Below are positions 42,066 through 58,333 of a DNA stretch of 64,000 bases, in pieces; positions within the stretch are counted from its first letter, which is position 1, and each line of letters begins with the position of its first letter. Source of the stretch: Pseudomonadota bacterium (GTDB taxonomy: Bacteria > Myxococcota_A > UBA796 > SXON01); contig JBDLRI010000110.1 in the NCBI GenBank assembly GCA_039800105.1, forward strand, positions 3,970 to 67,969, read 5' to 3'. Below the pieces are notes generated by a model. That model had not been told where the DNA came from and made no database searches. It saw only the letters and a list, made by a program, of their open reading frames with translations. The position numbers were made by a program, and so were the translations under genes.

Positions 42066-43286
42066 CTAACCGATCCCGGCCAGCCCCAGATCCTCGCGGA
42101 TGGCGGCGCAGGGCGCGTCGATACCGTCGGGCCAGGCGCCGTCGTCCCACAGGGCGATCATGCGCAGGCGCCCACGGAAGGTGGTCCACACGACGCCGGC
42201 GCGCGCGGGCGGAACGAGCCGGGGGAAGTTCACGAAGTCCGTGACGCGCAGGTCGCCGAAGGTATCGAGCGGCACGTGCACGGGCCCCGGGTTCGTGTGG
42301 ACCACGTCCGCCTTCACCACCAGGCGGGTCGTGGCCCGGATGGCCAGTTCCACGGGGATCCAGTCAGCGACGGACTCGTAGAGTCCGAGACGTGCGAGTT
42401 CGGCCCGTGCCACCCCCTCCTTCACGGTCGCGACCTGCGCAGCGACGGTGGCGGCCGCGTCGTGCGCGTGGCCGGCGCCCGGCACGTGCAGGACCCACGG
42501 CACGACCAGCACGTCCGCGCGCGCGCCCACGTCCGCCGTGGCGAGCCCCCGCACGGAGGCGAGGTCGAGCAGCCGGCTCGTGCCGAACGCCCGCGCCGTC
42601 GCGAGGCACAGGCGCACGTGCGGGGTGGTCCCGTCCGCGGCCGCGCGCGCCTTCACGCGCCCCCACGCCGCGGGGCCGAGGTCCAGGACCCGGACGCGCG
42701 AGCGCCCACGCGGCAGGGTCGGGTCGCGTGTCCACGCCGCGGGCGCCGCGAGATCCGACAGGATGCGCCGCAGGGCCGCGACACGCTCCCCGGCGCGGGT
42801 CGGAAGCAGCACCTCCGGCTCCCACGGGGCGTCGTCCGCCCGACGGACCGGCGTCGTGCCCCGCCCGAGCGCGCCATAGGCCTCGGCGAGATCGGCCACG
42901 ACCTGCGCGCCGCTGCGGGCGTCGGTGCGGGCGTGCGGCACCTGGATCGCCAGGCCGTCGCGGTCACGCGCGCGGATCCAGCGGACCTGCGTGGCGTCGG
43001 GATCGCCGTCCTCCCAGGCCCGGGCAGCGCACGCGGACGTATCCCACGGGGCATCGTGCTCCTCGGGGGTCACGCGCAGCGGCGCGTCGGGCGTCGCCCA
43101 GCGCGTGCGGTCCCAGCGGACGTGCAGCAAGGGATGCTGCGCGACGACGTGGTCGAGCGCCGCCTCGAGCCGCGCGCCGTCGAGCCGGCCGTCGAGGGCC
43201 ACGAGCTCGCAGGAGCGCGTGTCGACCTGCGTGGCGAGGCGCTGCCAGGCGCGTGCGGCGGGGCCGGCCGGCAGCCCCTCGGTCAT
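42066..43286 (-). CDS. Stand-alone condensation-domain/PapA-like acyltransferase
   Basis: L..AL..VV..HPLL, HARTDARSG (HxxxDxxS), TNPG; ATGA-coupled to prmC. Confidence 0.65.
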   Translation of the reverse strand: MTEGLPAGPAARAWQRLATQVDTRSCELVALDGRLDGARLEAALDHVVAQHPLLHVRWDRTRWATPDAPLRVTPEEHDAPWDTSACAARAWEDGDPDATQVRWIRARDRDGLAIQVPHARTDARSGAQVVADLAEAYGALGRGTTPVRRADDAPWEPEVLLPTRAGERVAALRRILSDLAAPAAWTRDPTLPRGRSRVRVLDLGPAAWGRVKARAAADGTTPHVRLCLATARAFGTSRLLDLASVRGLATADVGARADVLVVPWVLHVPGAGHAHDAAATVAAQVATVKEGVARAELARLGLYESVADWIPVELAIRATTRLVVKADVVHTNPGPVHVPLDTFGDLRVTDFVNFPRLVPPARAGVVWTTFRGRLRMIALWDDGAWPDGIDAPCAAIREDLGLAGIG

Positions 43287-44182
43287 CGCGCGTCCGGCGG
43301 GGGGCGTTGCGGGGGGCTGTCCCCCCGCCCCAGGAGGCCCGGAACGGTGGCGACCACGACGCGCTCGATCCCGGCGAGATCGGCGTGGAGAGCCGTCTCC
43401 AGCCCGGCGTCGCGGCACATCGCCGCAACCGCCGTCGCCTGGCCCGCGCCGACCTCGAGGAGGACCCCGCACCGCGCGCGGGCAGCCGCCTGCGGGACGA
43501 GCCGCCGGTACACGTCGAGGCCGTCGGGGCCACCGTCGAGCGCGAGGCGCGGCTCGTGGCGCGACACCTCCGGCGCGAGGGCGTCGATCTCGGCGCTCGG
43601 GATGTAGGGAGGGTTGGAGAGCACCCAGTCGACGGGGCGGCCCGCGGGCACGGCGGCGAGCAGATCGCCGCGCAGCACCCCCACGCGCTCGCAGAGGCCG
43701 AGCCGGGCCACGTTCGCCTTCGTCGTGGCGCGGGCCTCGTCGGAGAGATCGATGGCGTAGAGGCGCACGCCGGGCCGTGCCGCCGCCACGGTGAGCCCGA
43801 TGCAGCCGGTCCCGCAGCCCACGTCGGCCACGTAGACCGGGTCGGCGTCGGCGGGGATGCGCGCCAGCGCCTGCTCGACGAGGATCTCCGTGTCCGGCCG
43901 CGGAACGAGCGTGCCGGGCCGGACCTCGAAGGTGTGCGCGTGGAAGTCGCGCGTCCCGAGCACCCACGCGAGCGGCTCCCGGGTGCCGCGGCGCTTCACG
44001 AGCGGCCGCAACACGGCCAGCTCGGACTCCGGGAGGGGCCGGTCGAACTGGAGGTAGACCTGCACGCGGGTCATCCCGAGCACGTGCGCGAGGATCAGCT
44101 CGGCGTCGAGCCGCGCGGACGGGATGCCGGCAGCCTTGAAGAACTCCGTCGTGGCCGCGAGGACCTCGCCGAGCGTCCTCAC
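43283..44182 (-). CDS. prmC: Release factor glutamine methyltransferase
   Basis: LVPRPDTE, DVGCGTG, SNPPY, EPRLALDGGPDGL. Confidence 0.95.
   Translation of the reverse strand: MRTLGEVLAATTEFFKAAGIPSARLDAELILAHVLGMTRVQVYLQFDRPLPESELAVLRPLVKRRGTREPLAWVLGTRDFHAHTFEVRPGTLVPRPDTEILVEQALARIPADADPVYVADVGCGTGCIGLTVAAARPGVRLYAIDLSDEARATTKANVARLGLCERVGVLRGDLLAAVPAGRPVDWVLSNPPYIPSAEIDALAPEVSRHEPRLALDGGPDGLDVYRRLVPQAAARARCGVLLEVGAGQATAVAAMCRDAGLETALHADLAGIERVVVATVPGLLGRGDSPPQRPPPDAR
43299..43332 (+). repeat. Palindromic repeat family copy 6 (in prmC C-terminus)
   Basis: GGGGGGCGTT-GCGGGGGG-CTGT-CCCCCCGC-CCCA. Confidence 0.85.
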
Positions 44183-44201
44183 GCGCGGGTGCCCGGGACC
44201 A

Positions 44202-45281
44202 TCACCGGCGCCCCTCGGCCTGCGCCAGCGCCTCCGCCTGGTAGTGGCTCACGAGGCCGGTCACCATCTCGTCCAGATCGCCCTCGATGACGGCGTCGAG
44301 CTTGTAGAGCGTGAGCCCGATGCGGTGATCGGTGAGGCGGTTCTGCGGGAAGTTGTAGGTGCGGATGCGCTCGGAGCGATCGCCCGTGCCGACCTGCTCG
44401 CGGCGCTGGGCCGCCTCGGCGGCGTGCGCCTCGTCGCGCTGCTTCTCGAGCAGGCGCGCGGCGAGCACCTTCATCGCCTTGGCCTTGTTCTTCGTCTGGG
44501 ACTTCTCGTCCTGGCAGATCACGACGAGGCCGGTGGGCAGGTGCGTGATGCGCACCGCCGAGTCGGTGGTGTTCACCGATTGCCCGCCCGGCCCACCGGC
44601 GCGGAACACGTCGATGCGAAGGTCCTTGTCGGCGATCTTCACCTCGATCTCGTCCGGCTCGGGAAGGATCGCCACGGTCGCGGTGGAGGTGTGGATGCGC
44701 CCCTGGGTCTCGGTGGCCGGAACCCGCTGGACGCGGTGCACGCCGCTCTCGTACTTGAGGTGCGCGTAGGCCGTCTCGCCGGTGATGGCGCACACGACCT
44801 CCTTGAACCCCGAGGCGCTGCCCGCCGTCGAGATCTCGCTGGAGGAGAGGATCTCGATCCTCCAGCCCTGCGTCTCCCCGTAGCGCGCGTACATGCGGAA
44901 CAGGTCGCCCGCGAACAGCGCCGCCTCGTCGCCGCCGGTGCCAGCGCGAATCTCGAGGATCACCGGGCGTCCCTCGTAGGGATCGCGCGGCAGCATGAGC
45001 AGCTTCAGGTCGCGTTCGAGCGCCGGGAGACGGCTTTCGACGCGCTCCCGCTCCGCAAGCGCGAGCTCCCGCATGTCGGGATCCTGCATCAGCTCGGCGA
45101 CGTCCTCGCGGGCCTGCTCCAGCGACCGGATCTCGCGGACGACCTCCGCCATCCGAGCGACCTCGGCGTGCTCGCGCGTGACCTCGCGGAACCGCTCGCG
45201 CTGCCCGGCGAGCGCGGGGTCCATGAGCTGGCGCTCGAGCGTCTCGAGGCGGGCTTCGATCTCGTCGAGGCGGAGGAACAT
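44202..45281 (-). CDS. prfA: Peptide chain release factor 1
   Basis: [16 protein letters not shown] (PxT), [14 protein letters not shown]. Confidence 0.97.
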   Translation of the reverse strand: MFLRLDEIEARLETLERQLMDPALAGQRERFREVTREHAEVARMAEVVREIRSLEQAREDVAELMQDPDMRELALAERERVESRLPALERDLKLLMLPRDPYEGRPVILEIRAGTGGDEAALFAGDLFRMYARYGETQGWRIEILSSSEISTAGSASGFKEVVCAITGETAYAHLKYESGVHRVQRVPATETQGRIHTSTATVAILPEPDEIEVKIADKDLRIDVFRAGGPGGQSVNTTDSAVRITHLPTGLVVICQDEKSQTKNKAKAMKVLAARLLEKQRDEAHAAEAAQRREQVGTGDRSERIRTYNFPQNRLTDHRIGLTLYKLDAVIEGDLDEMVTGLVSHYQAEALAQAEGRR

Positions 45282-45310
45282 GCGGCCTTTCGGGAATGCG
45301 GACTACGACA

Positions 45311-45334
45311 AGGGCCCGGCAGGTGCCGGGCCCT
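45311..45334 (-). terminator. Hairpin downstream of rpmE (possible intrinsic terminator)
   Basis: AGGGCCCGGCA-GG-TGCCGGGCCCT; only a weak U-tract (TTGTCGT) on the minus strand. Confidence 0.5.
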
Positions 45335-45357
45335 CGGTGCGGGCGGGTGCCCGGGTC

Positions 45358-49729
<4,372 letters not shown>

Positions 49730-49748
49730 CGGCCTCGCCCGGGGGCCC

Positions 49749-50480
49749 CTACCAGCGCCAACCCAGCGCCCCGTCGACACCCCATCCCGCGCCGGCCCAG
49801 GCGCGGCCGACCGCCAGGATCCGCCCGTGGCCCGCGGCAGGCCCCCCGAGCGGATCGGAGGCGAGCGTGGCGCCCATCACCGCCCGCACGGGCACCCGCG
49901 TCGTGACGGGCACGTCGACACGCCCGCCGGCCAGGGACCACCGCTCGCCGAGCGCCACGTCACTCTCCGCGCCCAGCCACGCGCTCGCGCCGTCGTCGAG
50001 GCGTCCCGGTGCCCAGGCGGCGCCCGCGCGGACGACCGTGCCCGCCCGCGCGTCGACTCCGTCGACGTCCTGCGTCCGCAGCGCGCCGCCCCACGCGGCG
50101 AGCGGCACGCCGCCGGCGCGCCCGGCGAGCTGGATGCCGCCGCCCGCCTGCCATCCCTGGCCCTCCCAGGCCGCGGCGCGCACCGTGGTCGTGCTCCGCG
50201 CGCCCTCGAGCCACCCCGCGACGCGAAAGCCCCCGGTGCGGGGGGAGGCGTTGCGGAGGGGGGGCGCCCCCCCTCCGCCCCATGGGCCTCCGAGCTGAAC
50301 CTGCAACGACCCGCCGAGGACGGTCGCGCGCTCGAGCGCCTCGCACGCCTCGGAGCACGAACCGGCGCGGGCGACCCGGAGCATGCGGCCCGCACCCACG
50401 AGGAACTCGACCCCCGCGGGATCGGCGACGCCGATGCGCGGTGGGGTCGCGTGCGCGATGCCGACGAGGAGGAGGAACAC
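49749..50480 (-). CDS. Hypothetical exported, possibly outer-membrane beta-barrel protein
   Basis: Signal-like FLLLVGIAHA, alternating beta pattern, C-terminal GWRW. Confidence 0.5.
   Translation of the reverse strand: MFLLLVGIAHATPPRIGVADPAGVEFLVGAGRMLRVARAGSCSEACEALERATVLGGSLQVQLGGPWGGGGAPPLRNASPRTGGFRVAGWLEGARSTTTVRAAAWEGQGWQAGGGIQLAGRAGGVPLAAWGGALRTQDVDGVDARAGTVVRAGAAWAPGRLDDGASAWLGAESDVALGERWSLAGGRVDVPVTTRVPVRAVMGATLASDPLGGPAAGHGRILAVGRAWAGAGWGVDGALGWRW
50240..50282 (+). repeat. Palindromic repeat family copy 7 (in-frame inside hypothetical ORF)
   Basis: GGAGGCGTT then perfect palindrome 50253-50278 GCGGAGGGGGGGCGCCCCCCCTCCGC, then CCCA. Confidence 0.8.
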
Positions 50481-50550
50481 GTCCCGTCGGTATCGCGGCG
50501 GCGGGAACCCCGCCGATCGGCTAGGAACGTGGCGCTTCCCCGGGGGTCCC

Positions 50551-52791
50551 GTGCACCTGCTCGCACTGCTCGCCTGCTCTGGCTCCACCCCGGGGATCGC
50601 GCCCGACCCGGGGCTACGGCCCGACGTCGTCCTCGTCACCCTCGACACCACGCGGGCGGATCGCCTGGGCGCCTGGGGCTACGCGCAGGCGCGGACGGAC
50701 ACGATCGATCGGCTGGCGCGGGAGGGCATCCGGTTCTCCCAGGCCGTCTCGCCGTTGCCGCTCACGATCCCGGCGCACGCCACGATGTTCACCGGGCTGC
50801 TGCCGTACCGCCACGGCATCCGGAACAACGGGGACGGCGTGCTGAAGCCCGACGTCACGACCCTCGCGGAGCGGTTCAAGGCCGCCGGCTGGGCCACGGC
50901 CGCGAGCACCGCGGCGTTCGTGACGACCCGCCAGTGGGGTTTCGCGCAGGGCTTCGACGCGTACTTCGACGAGCTCCCCGAGCGCGCGGCGAGCGGCGAC
51001 CGCAACTTCTGGCACACGGAGCGCCCGGGCAACGAGGTCGTGGACGACGCGATCCGCTGGATGCAGCTGCAGTCGAGCGACAAGCCGATCTTCCTGTGGG
51101 TGCACCTCTACGACGCCCACCACCCCTACGTCGCGCGGCCCGGTTACCCGGCGAAGGACCCCTACGATTCCGAGCTGGCCTTCGTCGACGACCAGGTGCA
51201 GCGCCTGGTGGACGCCTTCGCGGAGCGCACCGCGGTCTTCGCCCTGATCGGGGACCACGGCGAGAGCCTCGGGGAGCACCTCGAGGGCACCCACGGCCTG
51301 TGGGCGTACCAGGCCACGGCGCACGTGCCGTGGATCCTCCAGGGCGCGGGCATCACGCCCGGGGTCGTCGATCGGCCGGTCAGCGCCGCGGACCTCACGC
51401 CGACGCTCTTGCACGCGGCGGGGCTGCCGGTGCCGGAGGGCCTCGACGGCGAGGTGCAGCCCGGCGGCACGCGGCGTCCCTACGTCGAGAGCTGGCAGGC
51501 GACGGAACGCTTCGGGCTGGCGCCCCACCGCGCGGTGCTCGACGGGACGCTGAAGCTCATCGACACGCCCATGCCGGAGCTCTACGATCTCGCCGCCGAC
51601 CCGGGCGAGCGCACCAACCTGGCGACGGCGCGGCCCGCGGACGTGGAACGCCTGAGGGCCGACCTCGCGGCACGGGACGCGAAGCCGCCCGGCGCCGCCG
51701 AAGGCACCGTGGATGCCGACACGCTCGCGCAGCTCGCGCAGCTCGGGTACGTCGGCAACGGCGTCGGCGCGCTCGCGGACGCCGCCACCTACCCCGACCC
51801 GAAGGAGCGGACGGCGTTCCTGGAGGCCGTGCGCGCGCTGGAGATCGCGACGGAGCGCGATGACGCGGCGGCGATCGCCGCCGAGACGGAGCGCGCCTTC
51901 ACGCTGAACCCCGGCAGCTTCGAGATCCGCATGCGCCGCGCGACGCTCCTCATGCGCGCGGGCGAGACGGACGCGACGCGTGTCCTGCTGGACGAGACGA
52001 CGCGGCTGTTCCCCGACCGCTCCCGCCCGTGGTCCATGCTCGCCGTGCAGGCCAACACGGCGCACCGCTGGGAGGACGCCGTCGACGCGGCCCGTCGGGC
52101 GCTCGCGATCGACGCCCGCGACCCGGCCGCCGCCGAGGCGCTGGTCGAGGCGCTGTTCCGGCTGGAGCGGCCCGACGACGCCGTGCGGGAGGGGCTCGTG
52201 CTCGTCGACGCGCAGCCGCAGGCGTGGAACGTGGCGGCCCTGCTGGGGGATCATTTCTTCCGCACCGGAGATGCCCTGCAGGCCGAGACGAACCTGCGAA
52301 AGGCCATCGCGGCGCCACAGCCCCGACGCGGGGCGCGGACGCAACTGGCGCTGCTGGCACTCGGGGCCGGCTACCCTGACGACGCGCGCAAGCTGGTGGA
52401 CGCCGAGCTGCGGGACTACCCCGGCGCCATCCCCGCGTGGCACGTCCGCGCGCGGCTGCTGGGCCAGGAGCAGCGCTGGCCGGACCAGGCGCGCGCGCTC
52501 GCACGCGTCGCGGCCGCGCGCGGGACGGAGCCCGGGGTCCAGCGGGAGCTGGCGCAGGCACGGTTCAACGCGAAGGACTACGCCGGCGCCCGGACGGCGC
52601 TCGACGCCGCGCTCGCCCTGGCCCCGGACGATCCGGACGTCCTGCTGCTCCACGCCAACCTGCTCGCCAAGGAGGGCCGGCGGGAGGAAGGACTCGCGGC
52701 CCTGGAGCGGGCGAACGAGGCGAACGAGGCGCGCAACCGCGCCCGGGTGGAGCGAAGCACCGCGACAGGGACCCCGTCGTCCACGCCGTAG
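50551..52791 (+). CDS. Sulfatase-like (alkaline phosphatase superfamily) lipoprotein with C-terminal TPRs
   Basis: LLAC lipobox, VTLDTTRAD, TIPAHATMFTG, HLYDAH, GDHGE, ELYDL..DPGE; TPR helices. Confidence 0.88.
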   Translation: MHLLALLACSGSTPGIAPDPGLRPDVVLVTLDTTRADRLGAWGYAQARTDTIDRLAREGIRFSQAVSPLPLTIPAHATMFTGLLPYRHGIRNNGDGVLKPDVTTLAERFKAAGWATAASTAAFVTTRQWGFAQGFDAYFDELPERAASGDRNFWHTERPGNEVVDDAIRWMQLQSSDKPIFLWVHLYDAHHPYVARPGYPAKDPYDSELAFVDDQVQRLVDAFAERTAVFALIGDHGESLGEHLEGTHGLWAYQATAHVPWILQGAGITPGVVDRPVSAADLTPTLLHAAGLPVPEGLDGEVQPGGTRRPYVESWQATERFGLAPHRAVLDGTLKLIDTPMPELYDLAADPGERTNLATARPADVERLRADLAARDAKPPGAAEGTVDADTLAQLAQLGYVGNGVGALADAATYPDPKERTAFLEAVRALEIATERDDAAAIAAETERAFTLNPGSFEIRMRRATLLMRAGETDATRVLLDETTRLFPDRSRPWSMLAVQANTAHRWEDAVDAARRALAIDARDPAAAEALVEALFRLERPDDAVREGLVLVDAQPQAWNVAALLGDHFFRTGDALQAETNLRKAIAAPQPRRGARTQLALLALGAGYPDDARKLVDAELRDYPGAIPAWHVRARLLGQEQRWPDQARALARVAAARGTEPGVQRELAQARFNAKDYAGARTALDAALALAPDDPDVLLLHANLLAKEGRREEGLAALERANEANEARNRARVERSTATGTPSSTP

Positions 52792-52803
52792 GACCCGGGG
52801 CGC
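52782..52803 (+). repeat. 22-bp direct repeat, left copy
   Basis: CACGCCGTAGGACCCGGGGCGC, identical to 55941-55962. Confidence 0.85.
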
Positions 52804-52854
52804 GCCCGTTGCCGAGACGCGGCACCATGGCTACGGCAGCCGCACGGGGGGTGC

Positions 52855-55800
52855 ATGCGCCTGTTTCGCGGGGGAGCCGTCAGTCTGGCGTGGATGGCCG
52901 TCGCGTGCGGACCGGTCGAGGGCGACGGGCGTCCGGCGGAGAACGTCCGGCACGGCGCGGAACGCGTGGCAACGGTGGATACCGCCGCCCCGTCCGGCAG
53001 CGTCGTCATCGCGGAGGGCGCGACGGCCGTCGCCACCACCCGTGTGACCCTGACACTGACGGCCACGGACGACGACACGGTCGACACCATGTGCGTGTCG
53101 TCGACGACGTCCTGCACCACGTGGGTGCCGTACGCGACGAGCTACCCATGGGCCTTCACGGGCGCGGGTACCCGTGCGGTGCACGTCGTGTTCCGCGACC
53201 CCGCCGGAAACGTGAGCGCTCGGGTCTCCGACGACGTGCTCGTCGATCTGGTGCGCCCCGCCAACGGCACGGCCACCGTGACGGGGGCCGACGGCGCCTT
53301 GACGCTCGCGTGGAGCGGCTTCACGGACGCCGGCTCCGGCGTGGCCGGGTACCGGGTGGTGACGGCCGCCGGAACGACCACGGCGCCCTCCGACTGCGAT
53401 CGTGGGACGCTGGTCTACGCGGGGGAGGCGACCCAGATCACGCTCGACGGCCTGACCAACGGGACGAACCACGCCTACCGGGTGTGCGCGGTGGACGAGG
53501 CCGGCAACCTCGGCACCGGTGTCACGGCGACGGGCCGGCCCGCGCCGTCCTACGCGACGCCGAGCGGCTCCATCGTGCTCCACGCCGGCGCGACGTGGAC
53601 CCGCAGCCGCACGGTGGCCATCGCGCTGGACGCGTCCGGCGCGACCGACATCGTGAGCATGTGCATCGGCGAGACGACGGGTTGCACCCGCTGGGAACCG
53701 TACGCGTCGGAGGCGACCGTGTCCCTCGGGCTGGTGCAGGGCACGCACACGGTGCGCGCGTGGTTCCGCGACGCGTGGGGCAACGTGTCGGCGTCGCCCG
53801 CCACGGATGCCATCCAGCTCGACACCGTCGTTCCGACCCGCGGCGCGGCGTCCGCCTCGGGCGGTGACGGGACCGTCTCGCTGTCATGGTCCGGGTTCTC
53901 CGATGCCGGCTCCGGCGTCGCCTCCTACGTCGTCGTGGCGGCGGCCGGAACCGCCACCGCGCCGACGTCGTGCGCCGGCCGGACGCCCCTGTACGCAGGA
54001 ACGGCCACGTCCCTGCAGCATACGGGCCTGACCAACGGCACGACGTACGCCTACAGGGTGTGCGCGGTGGACGTGGCCGGCAACCTCGGCACGGGCGTGA
54101 CGACGACCGGACGCCCGGCCCCCTCCTACGCGGCGCCGAGCGGGTCCATCGTGCTCGCGGCCGGCGCGGCGTGGGTGCGAAGCCCGGACGTCGCGGTCAC
54201 CCTCTCCGCCTCGGGCGCGACGGACATCACGGGCGTGTGCCTCTCGGAGACGACCACCTGCACGCGCTGGCAGGACTACCGGCCGTCCATCACGATGCGC
54301 CTGCGCGCCACGGCGGGCACCCACACCGTGCGCGCGTGGTTCCGCGATGCGTGGGGCAACGTCTCCGCAGCCCCGGCCACCGACGCCATCGGCCTCGATC
54401 GCACGCGCCCGCCCACCCACGGCGGGGTGACGGCCACGGCCGGCCGCGGTCGCGTCGCGCTGTCATGGTCGGGCTTCGCGGACGAGCGGGGCGGATCCGG
54501 CATCGCGTCGTACGTGGTGGTCATGGCCCCCGGAAGTCGCGCCCCGTCCGCGTGCACCATGGGGACGGTGGTGTCGACGGGCGCGTCGGGGACGAGCACG
54601 GTGCATCGCTCGGCCGCACCGGGCACCTACGCCTACCGGATCTGCGCGATCGACGTGGCCGGGAACCTCTCGCGGGGGTCGACCGCGCTCGCCACGGTCA
54701 CGCTGCCGAACCACGCGCCATCGGCACCCACGGTGCGCGTCACCCCCTCGGACGCGGTCGAGGGGGACGCGTTGGCCTGCACCGTGACGACCCCGTCCAC
54801 CGATGCGGACTCCGACACCCTGACGTATGCGTTCGCGTGGACCGTGGACGGGAGCCCCTACACGGGCGCCACGCGGTCGGCGGATGGACTCGCGAGCCAC
54901 GTCCCGGCCGACGTCACCCTGGGCGACGAGACCTGGGCCTGCACGGTCGTGCCGGATGACGGCGCGGACTACGGCGCTGTCGCGACGGCGGACGTCGTGG
55001 TGACCGCATTGCCGGAGTGCCGAGACGATCTGGCGTTCGTGGGGACCACGTTCGTGTCGTCCGAACGCGAGGTCATGGCGACCCTCGTCGAGGACATCGA
55101 CGAGGACGGCTGGATGGACATCCTCTGGGTGAACCAGCTGAGCAACTCGGTGGTGATCTGGTGGGGGGGCGCCTCTGGGCCGCACGCCGCGGAGACGCGC
55201 CTGTCCGCCGGGCGTTCCGGCGCCGGTCCCGGCGTCGGGGACGTCAACGGGGACGGTCACCGTGACCTCGTCGTGTCCAACCAGGACTACGGACGCCTGA
55301 TGATCCTCCTCGGCAACGGCGACCGCACCTTCCAGGCGGCCCAGTCGCTGTCCCAGGGCAACTTCCCGCAGTGGGTCGTCGTCACGGACGCCGATCATGA
55401 CGGGGACGACGACATCGTGGTCGGTCTCGCGTGGGCCAACTGCACGGCGCTGCGGCGCAACGACGGTCACGGCACGTTCGGGTCCGCGAGCTGTTTCACC
55501 TCGGGCACACGGGTCTTCCGGAAGGCGGACCTTGACGCGCACGGGGAGGACGATGCGCTCGTCGAGTCGTGGACCGGCAATGTCTACGCGTGGTCCACCG
55601 CGAGCGACGGGTATGAGCGGGTCGGCACAGTGCCGTTCCCGGGCATCGGGACGGTGGGCCAGATCTCCCCGTACGACGTGAACGACGACGGGTACGACGA
55701 CCTCATCGTGGTGGACGAATCGGACGCCGCGCGTCCCTTCACCACCTTCCTCAACGACGGGGCGCACGGTTTCACCGCCTGCGACTCGGCGCCCTCCTCG

Positions 55801-55950
55801 CCCTTCACCCGCCTCGGGGACGTGGGCGATCTAGACGGCGACGGCGACTACGACATCGCTTCCTCCTACACCTGCAGCTACTGCACCAGCGAGTACCGCG
55901 TGCACCTGCAGGCCCCGCCCACCGCGGGCGCACCGACGTACACGCCGTAG
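52855..55950 (+). CDS. Large surface lipoprotein: 3x (Ig-like + FN3) modules, Ig domain, FG-GAP/VCBS repeats
   Basis: AVAC lipobox; three ~192-aa units (WFRD.WGNVS / WSGF.D.GSG / YAYRVCAVD.AGN); DVNGDGHRDLV-type repeats. Confidence 0.85.
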   Translation: MRLFRGGAVSLAWMAVACGPVEGDGRPAENVRHGAERVATVDTAAPSGSVVIAEGATAVATTRVTLTLTATDDDTVDTMCVSSTTSCTTWVPYATSYPWAFTGAGTRAVHVVFRDPAGNVSARVSDDVLVDLVRPANGTATVTGADGALTLAWSGFTDAGSGVAGYRVVTAAGTTTAPSDCDRGTLVYAGEATQITLDGLTNGTNHAYRVCAVDEAGNLGTGVTATGRPAPSYATPSGSIVLHAGATWTRSRTVAIALDASGATDIVSMCIGETTGCTRWEPYASEATVSLGLVQGTHTVRAWFRDAWGNVSASPATDAIQLDTVVPTRGAASASGGDGTVSLSWSGFSDAGSGVASYVVVAAAGTATAPTSCAGRTPLYAGTATSLQHTGLTNGTTYAYRVCAVDVAGNLGTGVTTTGRPAPSYAAPSGSIVLAAGAAWVRSPDVAVTLSASGATDITGVCLSETTTCTRWQDYRPSITMRLRATAGTHTVRAWFRDAWGNVSAAPATDAIGLDRTRPPTHGGVTATAGRGRVALSWSGFADERGGSGIASYVVVMAPGSRAPSACTMGTVVSTGASGTSTVHRSAAPGTYAYRICAIDVAGNLSRGSTALATVTLPNHAPSAPTVRVTPSDAVEGDALACTVTTPSTDADSDTLTYAFAWTVDGSPYTGATRSADGLASHVPADVTLGDETWACTVVPDDGADYGAVATADVVVTALPECRDDLAFVGTTFVSSEREVMATLVEDIDEDGWMDILWVNQLSNSVVIWWGGASGPHAAETRLSAGRSGAGPGVGDVNGDGHRDLVVSNQDYGRLMILLGNGDRTFQAAQSLSQGNFPQWVVVTDADHDGDDDIVVGLAWANCTALRRNDGHGTFGSASCFTSGTRVFRKADLDAHGEDDALVESWTGNVYAWSTASDGYERVGTVPFPGIGTVGQISPYDVNDDGYDDLIVVDESDAARPFTTFLNDGAHGFTACDSAPSSPFTRLGDVGDLDGDGDYDIASSYTCSYCTSEYRVHLQAPPTAGAPTYTP

Positions 55951-55962
55951 GACCCGGGGCGC
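55941..55962 (+). repeat. 22-bp direct repeat, right copy
   Basis: CACGCCGTAGGACCCGGGGCGC; contains the stop codon of the large gene. Confidence 0.85.
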
Positions 55963-56078
55963 CCCGGCGGCGTGCGCCGCCGTCGGGCCGCTGCGCCCTC
56001 GCGCGGTCGCGCTCGCCCCCGCGTGCCGCGGGGACCGCTGCCGCGGGGCTGCGCGTCCCTGGCGCGCGGACGGGTGCG

Positions 56079-58307
<2,229 letters not shown>

Positions 58308-58333
58308 GGCGGTGACCCCGGCTGGCAGGGGTT

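Noticed and set aside
55954-56078. GC hairpins between the surface-protein gene and glnS as an ncRNA or tRNA
   Set aside because: There is no cloverleaf or T-loop motif. Short stems are expected by chance at this GC level and between convergent genes.
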